A stretch of DNA of 63,889 bases, the filler included, from an uncultured Methanosarcinales archaeon (GTDB taxonomy: Archaea > Nanobdellota > Nanobdellia > Woesearchaeales > CAYZNE01), in NCBI GenBank assembly GCA_964405295.1. It is 7 parts of 7 records of this genome, joined end to end, with 100 filler letters (N's around TTAATTAATTAA, not from the genome) between each part and the next. Parts side by side here need not be neighbours in the genome. Positions count along the whole stretch, not along the records: positions 33,982 to 43,063 come from CAYONI010000019.1; positions 43,164 to 51,805 come from CAYONI010000020.1; 5 more parts are not named here. One strand, given 5' to 3'. Under the pieces are notes generated by a model. The model did not search any database. It was not told where the DNA came from and was given only the letters and a program-made list of their open reading frames with translations. Position numbers and translations under genes: made by a program. The first letter of the stretch is position 1; each line of letters starts with the position of its first letter. Of this stretch, positions 39,533 to 49,484 are shown one piece after another.

Positions 39533-39564
39533 CCCTGTACATAATATATAATATAAATAGGTTA

Positions 39565-41196
39565 ATGAATCACATGGAAGCATTAAATAAACCAAACGAC
39601 AGTTTTTCTATCTTTACTTCTAGCTTTAATAACATCGAAATAGCAGATGACCATTCAAGAGCAATTCTAATTATTCCTTTAATGCACGTTGGTGCTAATA
39701 AAAAGGGACTTTTTTGGACAGCGAAAATGCTAAAGAAAATTGCACCTATGTTTAGGTCAGTTCCTTACAGATATGACTTACAAGGCTCAGAAGGTTCATC
39801 ACATACATTAAATAAACTTAGTTCTCCACACTTTGACGTTGGCTGGTCTTATTCATCCGATGAAGGAGCATGGTACGACCCAAAAACTAAATCCCTATGG
39901 ACAAAGGGAGAAGTTACACATCCTGATGTCATTGCTAAATTAAGCAGAATGACTTCTGACGGGAAAAGAGAAGTTAACTTTGCCTCAATGGGAGTAATCG
40001 TCGAAAAAGCTGTTTGTTCTTTATGTGGTTCTGAAATGGAAGGTAATACTTGTGAAAATAATCACGAGAGGAATAAAAAGTACGATGAAGGAAAATGTTA
40101 CAAAGTTCCGACAGAAGTTTCTAAAGCTTTACACATAGCTTTAACAAATGACCCTGCTGATGGTGAGGCCAAAATTGAAAATGTGTTAATTCAAGAATTA
40201 GGTGATCACATGAATGACGAACAAGATAAAAAGAAACCAAATAATTTTGAAAAGAAAGGTGCTGATGATACTAATGGTTCTGAGGATAATTTTCAAACCA
40301 AAGGTACAGACGATACACCAGATAATAATACAAACACTACTCCAGCTGAAAATAGAGACCAAGCAGGTCAACAGATGGATAAATCACAACTTGACAATCA
40401 AATACCAGGTGGTCTGGCCCCCTCAAGCCCGCAGACGGCGCAGCCAGGAGAAGCCCCAAGTGCTGAAACAATACTCAGAGATTTGGCAGAGCGTATAAAG
40501 ACAATAGAAGGTAAAGTAGGACAACAAGAACTTCAAACCGGTACTCCAGAATTAGTGAACTCTGCTCCACAAGATCAGTTCGTTCAAGATAATATGGGGA
40601 ACACAAGCCAGTTTGATGCATCGGAGGAAAATAAAATGGACGTAAAAGACGGACAAGCTTCCAATGAAAAAACAGTTGTTAATCCAGAACCGGAAATGCA
40701 AGACCAAATGGGAGACCCTATGCAACAAATCATGGGCATGCTACAGCAAATTCTTTCTAGAATGGGCGGAGCAGAAACTCAAGATATGGGTAAAGAAGCA
40801 CTCTCAGCAAATAAAAGTCAAGCAAAGAAAGCACAGGATGACATCGCAACAGAACATTTAGGTGAAGGCACAGTTGGTGCTTCAGAAGATGAAGGCAATG
40901 CTAAAAACAAAGCTAACATGATGAAACCAGGTTCAGTCGCAACAGCTGATGATTCAACAGAAGTTAAAGAGAATACAGAACTAGCTGATTTAACAGCACA
41001 AGTTAAAGCTTTAAGAAGTAAACTTGAAGTACAAGACAATAATGTACCAGAATTTGGTGGAAGTAATTCCCAAGTAGGACTAGATGTGGCTGATATGGGC
41101 GCAAATGGAAGAACTGAAAAATTCGGTGATTTTGGAAAATGGGACGCATGCTTCAATGGAGCAAACAGCGCTCAGAAATTCGTGAGGGATATGTAA
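39565..41196 (+). CDS. Prohead protease-scaffold fusion (putative)
   Basis: Globular N-terminus with H and ASMG...CSLCG...C..H; long acidic, disordered C-terminus; lies between portal and MCP. Confidence 0.7.
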   Translation: MNHMEALNKPNDSFSIFTSSFNNIEIADDHSRAILIIPLMHVGANKKGLFWTAKMLKKIAPMFRSVPYRYDLQGSEGSSHTLNKLSSPHFDVGWSYSSDEGAWYDPKTKSLWTKGEVTHPDVIAKLSRMTSDGKREVNFASMGVIVEKAVCSLCGSEMEGNTCENNHERNKKYDEGKCYKVPTEVSKALHIALTNDPADGEAKIENVLIQELGDHMNDEQDKKKPNNFEKKGADDTNGSEDNFQTKGTDDTPDNNTNTTPAENRDQAGQQMDKSQLDNQIPGGLAPSSPQTAQPGEAPSAETILRDLAERIKTIEGKVGQQELQTGTPELVNSAPQDQFVQDNMGNTSQFDASEENKMDVKDGQASNEKTVVNPEPEMQDQMGDPMQQIMGMLQQILSRMGGAETQDMGKEALSANKSQAKKAQDDIATEHLGEGTVGASEDEGNAKNKANMMKPGSVATADDSTEVKENTELADLTAQVKALRSKLEVQDNNVPEFGGSNSQVGLDVADMGANGRTEKFGDFGKWDACFNGANSAQKFVRDM

Positions 41197-41197
41197 A

Positions 41198-41647
41198 ATG
41201 GCAGTAGGAGGAACAGTTTCCACACCAGTTTTCATTAAAGACGGCCAGTACATGAGCTTTACAGTTGATGCTGCTGTTGACATTGGGAATTTAGTGGAAT
41301 TAACAACAACTGGAACTGACACATGTACAGTTTCAACTGTAGCCGACGGTGCAACAACTTATTTAGGAGTTGCAGTAGGAGGAGACAGATTTAGTAGAAC
41401 AAGCACAGATAATGAAATTGCAACAGGTAACAAAGTTACTGTATGTAGTAGAGGAGTCGTTAGAGTTTATGCAGACGCAACAACTATTTTAATTGGTTCA
41501 CACGTTGAAGCATCAGCAACTGCAGGTTCCGTCGCTTTATCTGGAACAGCAGGAACTGCAGGATATGCAGGCGATATAATTGGTGTAGCACTCGACGCAA
41601 ATGGCGGCGCAGCAACAACTATTAGAATCCAATTGAGGTTAAGTTAA
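41198..41647 (+). CDS. Capsid cement/decoration protein (DUF2190-like)
   Basis: Small G/A/T-rich protein, YLGVA...VTV..RGVVRV...IIGVALD; directly before the MCP. Confidence 0.75.
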   Translation: MAVGGTVSTPVFIKDGQYMSFTVDAAVDIGNLVELTTTGTDTCTVSTVADGATTYLGVAVGGDRFSRTSTDNEIATGNKVTVCSRGVVRVYADATTILIGSHVEASATAGSVALSGTAGTAGYAGDIIGVALDANGGAATTIRIQLRLS

Positions 41648-41648
41648 G

Positions 41649-42536
41649 ATGGCATACTCAGGAATAGCAGCATCTAGCAACTCAACATGGGCTTTATTTA
41701 AAGAACAAGTTGATGATACTATCGTCAAGGCATTACAGCCTAAGATTATATATCCGCTTTTAGCTAAAGTATACCCAGCAAATGGGCCAGTAGTAGATTA
41801 TAACACAACAGATTCATGGTTAAACCCTGAACAAGAATCAGAAAGCGGAGAATATCCAAGTCAAGTAATGGACTTTACTAGACAATACGCAACTATCAAA
41901 GACGTAGGAGTTGCTCCAAGAATTCCAATTAATTGGATTAAAGATTCTAGATGGGACTTAGTCAATGATCACGTAGAAGCAATTGGTTTCGGTATCGCAA
42001 GGCACATAAACTCTGACTTCTTAACAGCACTTAATACTTTTGTATCAGGTGGTACTTATGCAGGACAAACTTTTACTGCACCAACAAACCACGTAGTTAC
42101 AGCAGGTGCATTATGGTCAGCTACTTCAGCAGACATAATCTCTGATATAAGTGATGGTTTAAGCGTATTAGAAGCAGACGATGCAGGAGACGGAAGAAAA
42201 TTCTTAATCTTACACCCAAGCGCTTTCAAATATCTAAGAACAGACCCTAACTTACTAAAGTTTATTAACTATGGTAACGCAGATCTTATCCAAAAAGGTA
42301 TTTACCCAACTCCATTCGGTGTTGACATTCTAGTAACTAGTCAGGCAACTGCTACTTACGGACTATTGGTAAATGTTGACTTGGCTAGTATTAGATACTA
42401 CGAAAGAGAACCATTAACTGTTGAGATTGAAAAGGCAGCACGTTCTAAACACTTAGACGTTGTAGCATATATTAGATATGCAATTGCTTGTGCAAGACCT
42501 AAGGGAATTGTTAAAATCAACACTATTACTGCTTAA
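41649..42536 (+). CDS. Major capsid protein (HK97 fold)
   Basis: ESGEYP E-loop, WIKDSRWDLV, LILHP, RYAIACARPKGIVKI C-terminus. Confidence 0.88.
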   Translation: MAYSGIAASSNSTWALFKEQVDDTIVKALQPKIIYPLLAKVYPANGPVVDYNTTDSWLNPEQESESGEYPSQVMDFTRQYATIKDVGVAPRIPINWIKDSRWDLVNDHVEAIGFGIARHINSDFLTALNTFVSGGTYAGQTFTAPTNHVVTAGALWSATSADIISDISDGLSVLEADDAGDGRKFLILHPSAFKYLRTDPNLLKFINYGNADLIQKGIYPTPFGVDILVTSQATATYGLLVNVDLASIRYYEREPLTVEIEKAARSKHLDVVAYIRYAIACARPKGIVKINTITA

Positions 42537-42684
42537 GTTCTGGTCTTTTACCAGAAGTGTTGCTAAATAGCAACACATTGCAGTACTTTTTTATTTTTTA
42601 TCTCTTCGTTGAAACTCAACTAGGAGCTGTGGTGCCATAGTTTAACTATGGGTTGGACTACAAGAAACAAGAGGACAAACTAAA

Positions 42685-43050
42685 ATGACACAACCAAGAA
42701 ACATAATGAAAAACCTAAGGGTTAAAGGTTATTTACTATCCGAAGGTATTATCGCTGGAGCAACAGCTAATGCAGCAACAAATGGAGCAGTTACATGCCC
42801 ATTAAATGAAGTTTATTCCGGTTATATTACTAACGCAACAGCAGATATTACTATCGCTTTAGCAGATGGTGTAGCAGGACAAATAAAAATCATTAAATGT
42901 GAAACTCTAGATACTAGCGATGTTGTTATAACACCTACTAATCTAGGTGGTTACGCAACTATTACATTAGATACTACAGGAGATGTCGTAGTTTTAGTAT
43001 TCGACGGCACTAACTGGCAAATTGTATCTAGTACAGCAACTCTAGCTTAG
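42685..43050 (+). CDS. Small beta-rich virion protein
   Basis: LADGVAGQIKII...ITLDTTGDVVVLVFDGTNWQIV. Confidence 0.7.
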   Translation: MTQPRNIMKNLRVKGYLLSEGIIAGATANAATNGAVTCPLNEVYSGYITNATADITIALADGVAGQIKIIKCETLDTSDVVITPTNLGGYATITLDTTGDVVVLVFDGTNWQIVSSTATLA

Positions 43051-43450
43051 GCTAGTTTTTATTNNNNNNNNNNNNNNNNNNNNNNNNNNNNNNNNNNNNN
43101 NNNNNNNTTAATTAATTAANNNNNNNNNNNNNNNNNNNNNNNNNNNNNNNNNNNNNNNNNNNNTCAAGGCACCGGTAAGTACGGCAAAGATAAGGAAAAT
43201 GGATACTATTTTTTGTGTATTCATAATCTGATAACCTCCTGGTTCTCTAAATGTAAATACGTCAAGTTCCTATTTATGGGTTGCTTAAGCTACAGTTCAA
43301 TTCGAAGTATTGTACATCGACTTTTTGGGCTTACAGATTATTGTTTTGAGTAAATGTCTGGGACAATTTCAACTTTCCTTTTTATACTCCCAAATCTCCT
43401 TTCTTCCTGTGGAGAACCCACATCCTTGACCGATCAGGAGGACCCTGTCG

Positions 43451-43885
43451 ATGGCACGCATACTCACAACTGCACAAAAAAAGGCTATTTTCATCTCGAT
43501 TCCCACACAGATCACGATCGATACCACGGACATCGACGCATCGATCCAGTGGGCGAACCAGGACATCACATCATATCCTACCATCTCGCTGAACATCGCA
43601 TCTGACGGCATCACCGCGATCGAAGATGTTTCGGATGGCATCCTGTACTCAACCGCTACCCTTACGATTCACATCCTGACCAAAAACGCACAGGGATTCA
43701 ATGGTGCGATCATTGCGGAGACCTTTTCTCAGGCGATCATCGACGAGATCACGACATGGACCACACCACTGACCGGAGATGTGCGAATATTCGACTCACA
43801 TGAAGACATCGCATCATTACAGAACAACGGATTCTCCGACGACATCTACGATTACATTCTCTCAATCACAATCCATCACGGGTGA
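43451..43885 (+). CDS. Putative tail terminator/completion protein
   Basis: YPTISL..., TLTIHILT; size and position upstream of the tail tube gene. Confidence 0.55.
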   Translation: MARILTTAQKKAIFISIPTQITIDTTDIDASIQWANQDITSYPTISLNIASDGITAIEDVSDGILYSTATLTIHILTKNAQGFNGAIIAETFSQAIIDEITTWTTPLTGDVRIFDSHEDIASLQNNGFSDDIYDYILSITIHHG

Positions 43886-43890
43886 TACCA

Positions 43891-44367
43891 ATGGCAGAAA
43901 TCGAAACACCAACCGAACCACCAACAGAACTTGAACTTGTACAGGCAGAGCTCACAGCCAAGACGGCTGAACTGGAAACAACCAAGGCTACACTTGCAAG
44001 CACCACTGCCGAACTTGACCAGGCAAAGGCAGATCTTGCGAACACCGCAAGTGAACTTGATCTGGCCAACGTGGAGGTCGAGATCACGAACACGAAACGC
44101 GTCACACTTTCCGGACAGCTGGCAGCTGCAACTGCGGAGCGCGATGATCTCGTCGCAACGATCAGGACGAACGATGCACTTCGCACGAAGCTGCAGGGTG
44201 AGATCAGTTATTTCGACTCGATGATACAGGCACTGCAGGCGGACCTGTACGATATCCCACCACTCGACCAGGCCGAGCATGACATGATCGTGGCGTCGAG
44301 GCGGGTGGAGATTGACGAACTGGTAGTGAAGCGGAACAAATACACTGTATATCTGAAGGAGGTCTAA
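43891..44367 (+). CDS. Coiled-coil viral protein
   Basis: Heptad repeats AELETTK/AELDQAK. Confidence 0.7.
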   Translation: MAEIETPTEPPTELELVQAELTAKTAELETTKATLASTTAELDQAKADLANTASELDLANVEVEITNTKRVTLSGQLAAATAERDDLVATIRTNDALRTKLQGEISYFDSMIQALQADLYDIPPLDQAEHDMIVASRRVEIDELVVKRNKYTVYLKEV

Positions 44368-44368
44368 T

Positions 44369-45344
44369 ATGGTAATCGATACATCAAAACTCAAATACAT
44401 CGAATGGCTGGAAGAAGCGGCCTTTGCAACTGCACCGACGAATGGAACGTGGAAGAGTATGGGTGGACGACTGCCCGACGCATCGTTCAAGGGCGGGTCC
44501 ACAATAGAGGATTATTCGTATCTGCCGGGNNNNNNNNNNNNNNNNNNNNNNNNNNNNNNNNNNNNNNNNNNNNNNNNNNNNNNNNNNNNNNNNNNNNNNN
44601 NNNNNNNNNNNNNNNNNNNNNNNNNNNNNGGGATCTACCGACGCAGTCAAGACCGGCGAGGAGATGTCCATATCCGCAACCATCAACCCGACCGACTGGT
44701 CACTGCTCCCCGTCGTACTGTCATCCGACTCGTTGTCGGCGTACACCCCGGGCGATACCAAAAACTACGTCTCGATCGGCATGATCGCGGGATCTGAATA
44801 CGGGGTGATGTCTGGCGGTATGATCTCAAATTACCAGTTCTCCATCGAACACGGTAGACGAGCTGAGGTTTCCGTGGATATCCCGGGTGCGAAGTTCGGC
44901 GGCTGGTCAGGAACCGATTACATCGGAACAGGAGCACATGCGTTGGTGCCATCGGGGATACTGATGTGGGATGACCTGACGGACATCAAATATGATGCAG
45001 CTTCGATCAGCAGCAGTGAGATGATACTCGATTCACTCAAGTTCACCATCGAACAGCCGGCCGATCCGGTAGGCGATCTGTCCAGCTCACTCGATTCCGG
45101 GGTTGCAGATTGGGATTACAAGCCGAGGAAGATCACCACAGAGCTGGGTATCAGCTGCGTTGATATGTCCATCGATACGGATATCTTTGCAGGTGCAGCT
45201 CATACGGTTGCATTCACCGCAATGTCCAAGACACTTACATTCTCCAACGTGGTCTGGAAACCATCCGATCGACCCCTGAGTGCAGCCGACAAGCTCGGGA
45301 TGACACTGAGCAGTACACCAGCCACACAGCTGGCCATCGCATGA
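44369..45344 (+). CDS. Major tail tube protein (spans N gap 44530-44629)
   Basis: SD GGAGGT; N-terminus YIEWLEEAAFATAP typical of tail tubes; frame continues after the gap to 45344. Confidence 0.65.
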
Positions 45345-45354
45345 GGTGATCGTG

Positions 45355-45771
45355 ATGCGTGATATCCAGATATACGAGAAACCCCGACATCGATCGGTCA
45401 TCCGGACGCAGAACATTGTCCGTGACTGGCAGCTGCGGAACATCCCACTCTGCGAACTCGACCAGGCGAAACCCGTCGATACGGCTGTGGAAGAATACCT
45501 GAAAGGTAACGGGGACATCCTTGCGGACTTCCTCGACTTCCAAGGAACCGTTGAGACCTACCAGACGATCATGCTGGCCACCACTCTCACACTCCGTGAG
45601 ATCCAGCAGCTCGATGATGAGGTTGAATCCGACGAGTTCGACGCATTCGTGGAACGATGCCGTGATGCGATCGGGGGTGGTGCATCGGATTTTTTCGATA
45701 CATCGCGTACCGATTCAGCCTCGGTAATGACGATGACGGATACTGCAGAACCATCTACGTCCACGACGTGA
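45355..45771 (+). CDS. Tail assembly chaperone (gpG-like)
   Basis: Follows the tail tube gene; contains slippery T TTT TTC at 45690-45696. Confidence 0.7.
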   Translation: MRDIQIYEKPRHRSVIRTQNIVRDWQLRNIPLCELDQAKPVDTAVEEYLKGNGDILADFLDFQGTVETYQTIMLATTLTLREIQQLDDEVESDEFDAFVERCRDAIGGGASDFFDTSRTDSASVMTMTDTAEPSTSTT

Positions 45772-45971
45772 CCCGGCCAGCATGGGCACTGTATCGCGAT
45801 ATCAACATATCAATGCAGAAAGGACGATCCAATATGCAGGAACTGGCAGACTTTGTACTGTGCGAATCGATGAATCTAACGCCTGACACACTCGACTCGA
45901 TGGCCCATGAGGATGTACTGACGTGGTCGGTAATATTGAGTCGAAGGGCCCATTATCAGGGGGTGGCGTGA
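45696..45971 (+). CDS. -1 frameshift extension of the tail assembly chaperone (gpT-like)
   Basis: -1 frame open from the slippery site to 45971; LCESMNLTPDTLDSM resembles gpT motifs. Confidence 0.7.
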   Translation, partial: RYIAYRFSLGNDDDGYCRTIYVHDVTRPAWALYRDINISMQKGRSNMQELADFVLCESMNLTPDTLDSMAHEDVLTWSVILSRRAHYQGVA

Positions 45972-47051
45972 TTGTACATAGGTGCTGTACCCCTCCCTGC
46001 GGTCCAAACGTTCAATGTGAGCGATGTATCGAAGGACACAGAGGCCGTTGGTGGCCTTGGAACCGATGGGTATGACATGGCACAGTATGCGTCGAAACCA
46101 TCTGCAGTTGAGTTGTCTGGCTACCTGCTCAGGACCTACGGGTCCAGTCGAACCGTGGCAGCTCGGGTCGAGGATGCTCAGGCGATCAGGCAGAGATCCG
46201 GAGCGTACAATTACGTGCACGGTGTCGGTGGAATGGCCGGATGGTTCTACTGCAGCCGGGCGAACATCCCGTACAGTTCAGGCAATCTCCGTGACTTCGA
46301 ATTATCCGGCCAATGGCTGGACGCAAGTGTATATACAGTTCGTCAACACTGTCGATCGTTGACTCGACCGAACGACTGGAGTATTTCGGGTGATAACTGG
46401 ATCGCTGTACCGATCGGTGCGGACTGGTCTGGTGGGAGTACATCCACAACACTATCTACTGAAGACGGAACGATGACACTTATCCAGTCGGATATCGTCC
46501 AGTTCGATCTCGCAGCAACCGAGCGGAATGTCGGCGAGTGCAGGGCATACGATGGATCGACGGAGATCTTCAACTGCGAGCATATTTTCTCTGGTAGTAC
46601 GGTGATATCGAACGGTCGCTACAAGGTCACGCTGACGGACGATACCATCACAATCCACTACTGGAACGGGGCAGTGTATATCAAGATCGATGACTTCGAT
46701 GCAGGAACATTCGACCGCGTACACATGACTGAACTCACTCCCGATGTGGTCAGATGCAAGACGAACAACTCGATTGAGATCACCCTGGAACGCGGCCGAG
46801 TGCCACTCATCGAGACTCCTGTGGATCTGACGTGCAGCGCATTGTCACCGTCCGACCAGTCGACATCCACGGATAATTATCTCACACTCGGTACTGATCT
46901 GTACGCATGCTCTGATCATAATTTCTCGATTGCGTCGGGTGTGATCGGTTCAGGCAACTTGTGGATATTCTACGATGTGTCGACCGAACAGACCACCGCA
47001 CACAACGCATTGGTGAAATCGAATTTGAAGAGGGAGGTATTTGAACGATGA
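45972..47051 (+). CDS. Putative tail/baseplate structural protein
   Basis: 359-aa beta-rich ORF in the tail operon; start uncertain. Confidence 0.6.
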   Translation: MYIGAVPLPAVQTFNVSDVSKDTEAVGGLGTDGYDMAQYASKPSAVELSGYLLRTYGSSRTVAARVEDAQAIRQRSGAYNYVHGVGGMAGWFYCSRANIPYSSGNLRDFELSGQWLDASVYTVRQHCRSLTRPNDWSISGDNWIAVPIGADWSGGSTSTTLSTEDGTMTLIQSDIVQFDLAATERNVGECRAYDGSTEIFNCEHIFSGSTVISNGRYKVTLTDDTITIHYWNGAVYIKIDDFDAGTFDRVHMTELTPDVVRCKTNNSIEITLERGRVPLIETPVDLTCSALSPSDQSTSTDNYLTLGTDLYACSDHNFSIASGVIGSGNLWIFYDVSTEQTTAHNALVKSNLKREVFER

Positions 47052-48871
47052 CTGAATCGATAGATAAACTGACTGTGAAGATCGGTGCAGATGTAGATAG
47101 TGCGATTCGTGGCATCGGGAGAGTCGACAAGTCGGTCGATAAACTTGATCAGAATACCAGCAAATCGTCCACAAGCATGCAGACGGCAACGGGTAAGATG
47201 TCAAAGTCATTTGCAACTGTGGCGAAGGCCGGTCTTGCTGCTGCAGCTGCAGCTGCTGCAATCGGTGCAGCACTGGCCACAAGATCCGCAGCGAACGCAT
47301 CCGCCGACATGGAACAATATGTCACCACTCTCCGCAACTTATACGGAACGCAGGAACAGGCAGCTGAACAGATCAAGTGGATCCTGGACTTTGCCAAAAC
47401 CACCCCGTTCGAGGTCAAGGGTCTGGTCGAGGCAACTACAAAACTGAAGGCCTACGGTATCGAGGGGCAGGACGTGCTCGGGACGCTCGGTGATACTGCT
47501 GCAGCCATGGGGAAACCGATCAACATGGCCGTCGAGGCACTTGCAGATGCACAGACCGGTGAATTCGAACGGTTGAAGGAGTTCGGTGTCAAGGCCGTCC
47601 AGATCACCCAGAGCAACGCGGTTGCAATCGGAGTATCTGCCGAACAGGCAGGCCAGACGGCACTCACGTACACAGACAGATACGGTCAGCAGCGAGCACA
47701 GGTAATCGATCGGAACAACCGTGAGATAATCCAGTCCACTCTGACATCTATCTGGAACGAGAAGTATGCAGGTGGTATGGAGGCACAGTCAAAGACATTC
47801 AGGGGTTTGGTATCCAACATCAAGGACGGTATGTTCCAGGCAGGTCTGTCCGTGATGGGGTTCGAGCAGGATACCGCAACGTTCCGTGACGGATCACTAT
47901 TCGATGGAATGAAGAAATCTGTGTCAGGGATGTTGGGATCGCTCAATTCAATCGATTTCACTGCGATCGGGCAGGGGATCGAGTCGGCCATCAGTACGAT
48001 ATCCACAAAGTTGGCACCTGCAAGAGAAGCGATTGGTAGTGTCATCGGGTCGATCAAAGGCATTATTGATGATTTTATGCGAGGGTTCAGTGGTACAAAC
48101 GCTGACCTGTCAGGATTCGTGAAATACATCAACGCAGCTGCAGTCATACTCGGTCGATTGTTCAAACTAATAGATGAAAGCGATATCTTCAAACAACTCG
48201 GTCAGGATATCAAATTCGTCATCAACATTATGTCAACGTTCTACAACACAATTGCCGATACAATCGTGGGTGGCATCAATCTGGCCATAGATGCGTATAA
48301 TCGGCTCGTTCCCGCAATGCAAGCTGTAGGTATGGACGTAGAGCGCGTGATGAAAATCACGTTCGACAACGTGGCCAAATCTGCGGAGGAAGGAATGCAG
48401 TCGGCTGCCGATGCGGTCAAGGACGGACAGCAGGATGTCAATGGCCCGGACGGTCCTGGTGGCGGCCCCCCAACAAGTCCAGGGACAGAGGCAGCTGCAG
48501 CAACGGTTGCGGGTAGCATCCCATCGTGGGCTGGACATGGGGATTACATCCGCGGACAGCTACAGCAAACTGGTGCATCGAATATTGGCGAACTGCTGGA
48601 CGTTGGAGCAAGCACACCAGAGGCCACGACCACACCGACGATACCCACCGCACAGAAGGAGGCAAATCCTAACGGGAGCACAGCACAGAAGGAGGGCAAT
48701 GCGTCTATCATAGCGCGCCTGCAGGCCATAGAAAAGGCAATCCTCAGCGAACCGCGGAAGGTGGATATTGATATGGATATCGATATTGAGAATCATTCCG
48801 ACATATCGGGATTTGAGACCACTCTAGCCAAGGCAACTGCAGCTGGAGTACATGGGAATACGAGTATCTGA
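47048..48871 (+). CDS. Tape measure protein
   Basis: IDKLTVKIGAD, FAKTTPFEV...LGDTAAAMG...GEFERLKEFG, GGMEAQSKTFRGLVSNIKD. Confidence 0.92.
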   Translation: MTESIDKLTVKIGADVDSAIRGIGRVDKSVDKLDQNTSKSSTSMQTATGKMSKSFATVAKAGLAAAAAAAAIGAALATRSAANASADMEQYVTTLRNLYGTQEQAAEQIKWILDFAKTTPFEVKGLVEATTKLKAYGIEGQDVLGTLGDTAAAMGKPINMAVEALADAQTGEFERLKEFGVKAVQITQSNAVAIGVSAEQAGQTALTYTDRYGQQRAQVIDRNNREIIQSTLTSIWNEKYAGGMEAQSKTFRGLVSNIKDGMFQAGLSVMGFEQDTATFRDGSLFDGMKKSVSGMLGSLNSIDFTAIGQGIESAISTISTKLAPAREAIGSVIGSIKGIIDDFMRGFSGTNADLSGFVKYINAAAVILGRLFKLIDESDIFKQLGQDIKFVINIMSTFYNTIADTIVGGINLAIDAYNRLVPAMQAVGMDVERVMKITFDNVAKSAEEGMQSAADAVKDGQQDVNGPDGPGGGPPTSPGTEAAAATVAGSIPSWAGHGDYIRGQLQQTGASNIGELLDVGASTPEATTTPTIPTAQKEANPNGSTAQKEGNASIIARLQAIEKAILSEPRKVDIDMDIDIENHSDISGFETTLAKATAAGVHGNTSI

Positions 48872-49484
48872 GGCGACCATGGTGCAAATGCGAACATACC
48901 TGAACATACTAGCACAGAAAGTTGGAACATCGTACACATGGGCGAGTACCGATCACTATAACCTGCTGTTCAAATCCGATGATACCGTCCCCACGGATGT
49001 GAAGGTTTACTCGGATATACGAGAGGACGTTCCTCGGGATGGGGTGGAGCGCGAGGAACTCAACCAGCTGTTCCTGTTCCCGTTCCCGCTGGATTATGCA
49101 TCTGTGATCGATGGGACGGTATCTGGGAATGTCACGGTATCATGCCATGCGGATAGCAATTATTCGTATTATAAGATCGAGGTGGGTGGCATTACGGTTG
49201 ATCTGGTCAAGATCGATAGTTCCGGTACCGAAACAAGCCTGATAGGCGGAGACCATGAAGTCACGCCGAGCGGGCCGCGGGCGAGTCTGGATACTACCAC
49301 CACAGCAGGGTACTTGTTCTGGATCAATGTTTCCGATGTTGAACTCGAGGCAACTGACCGATTTGGACTGCGAGTGAAAGTTGATGCATTGGCCAATACA
49401 TCGACAACTTCGCCAACGTGGGTACAAATCGATATCGGGAAGAATGAAGACGACTGTATGCTGAAAATACCGTTTGTGATGTGA
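48852..49484 (+). CDS. Putative tail protein
   Basis: Beta-rich ORF overlapping the TMP stop. Confidence 0.6.
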   Translation: MGIRVSEATMVQMRTYLNILAQKVGTSYTWASTDHYNLLFKSDDTVPTDVKVYSDIREDVPRDGVEREELNQLFLFPFPLDYASVIDGTVSGNVTVSCHADSNYSYYKIEVGGITVDLVKIDSSGTETSLIGGDHEVTPSGPRASLDTTTTAGYLFWINVSDVELEATDRFGLRVKVDALANTSTTSPTWVQIDIGKNEDDCMLKIPFVM

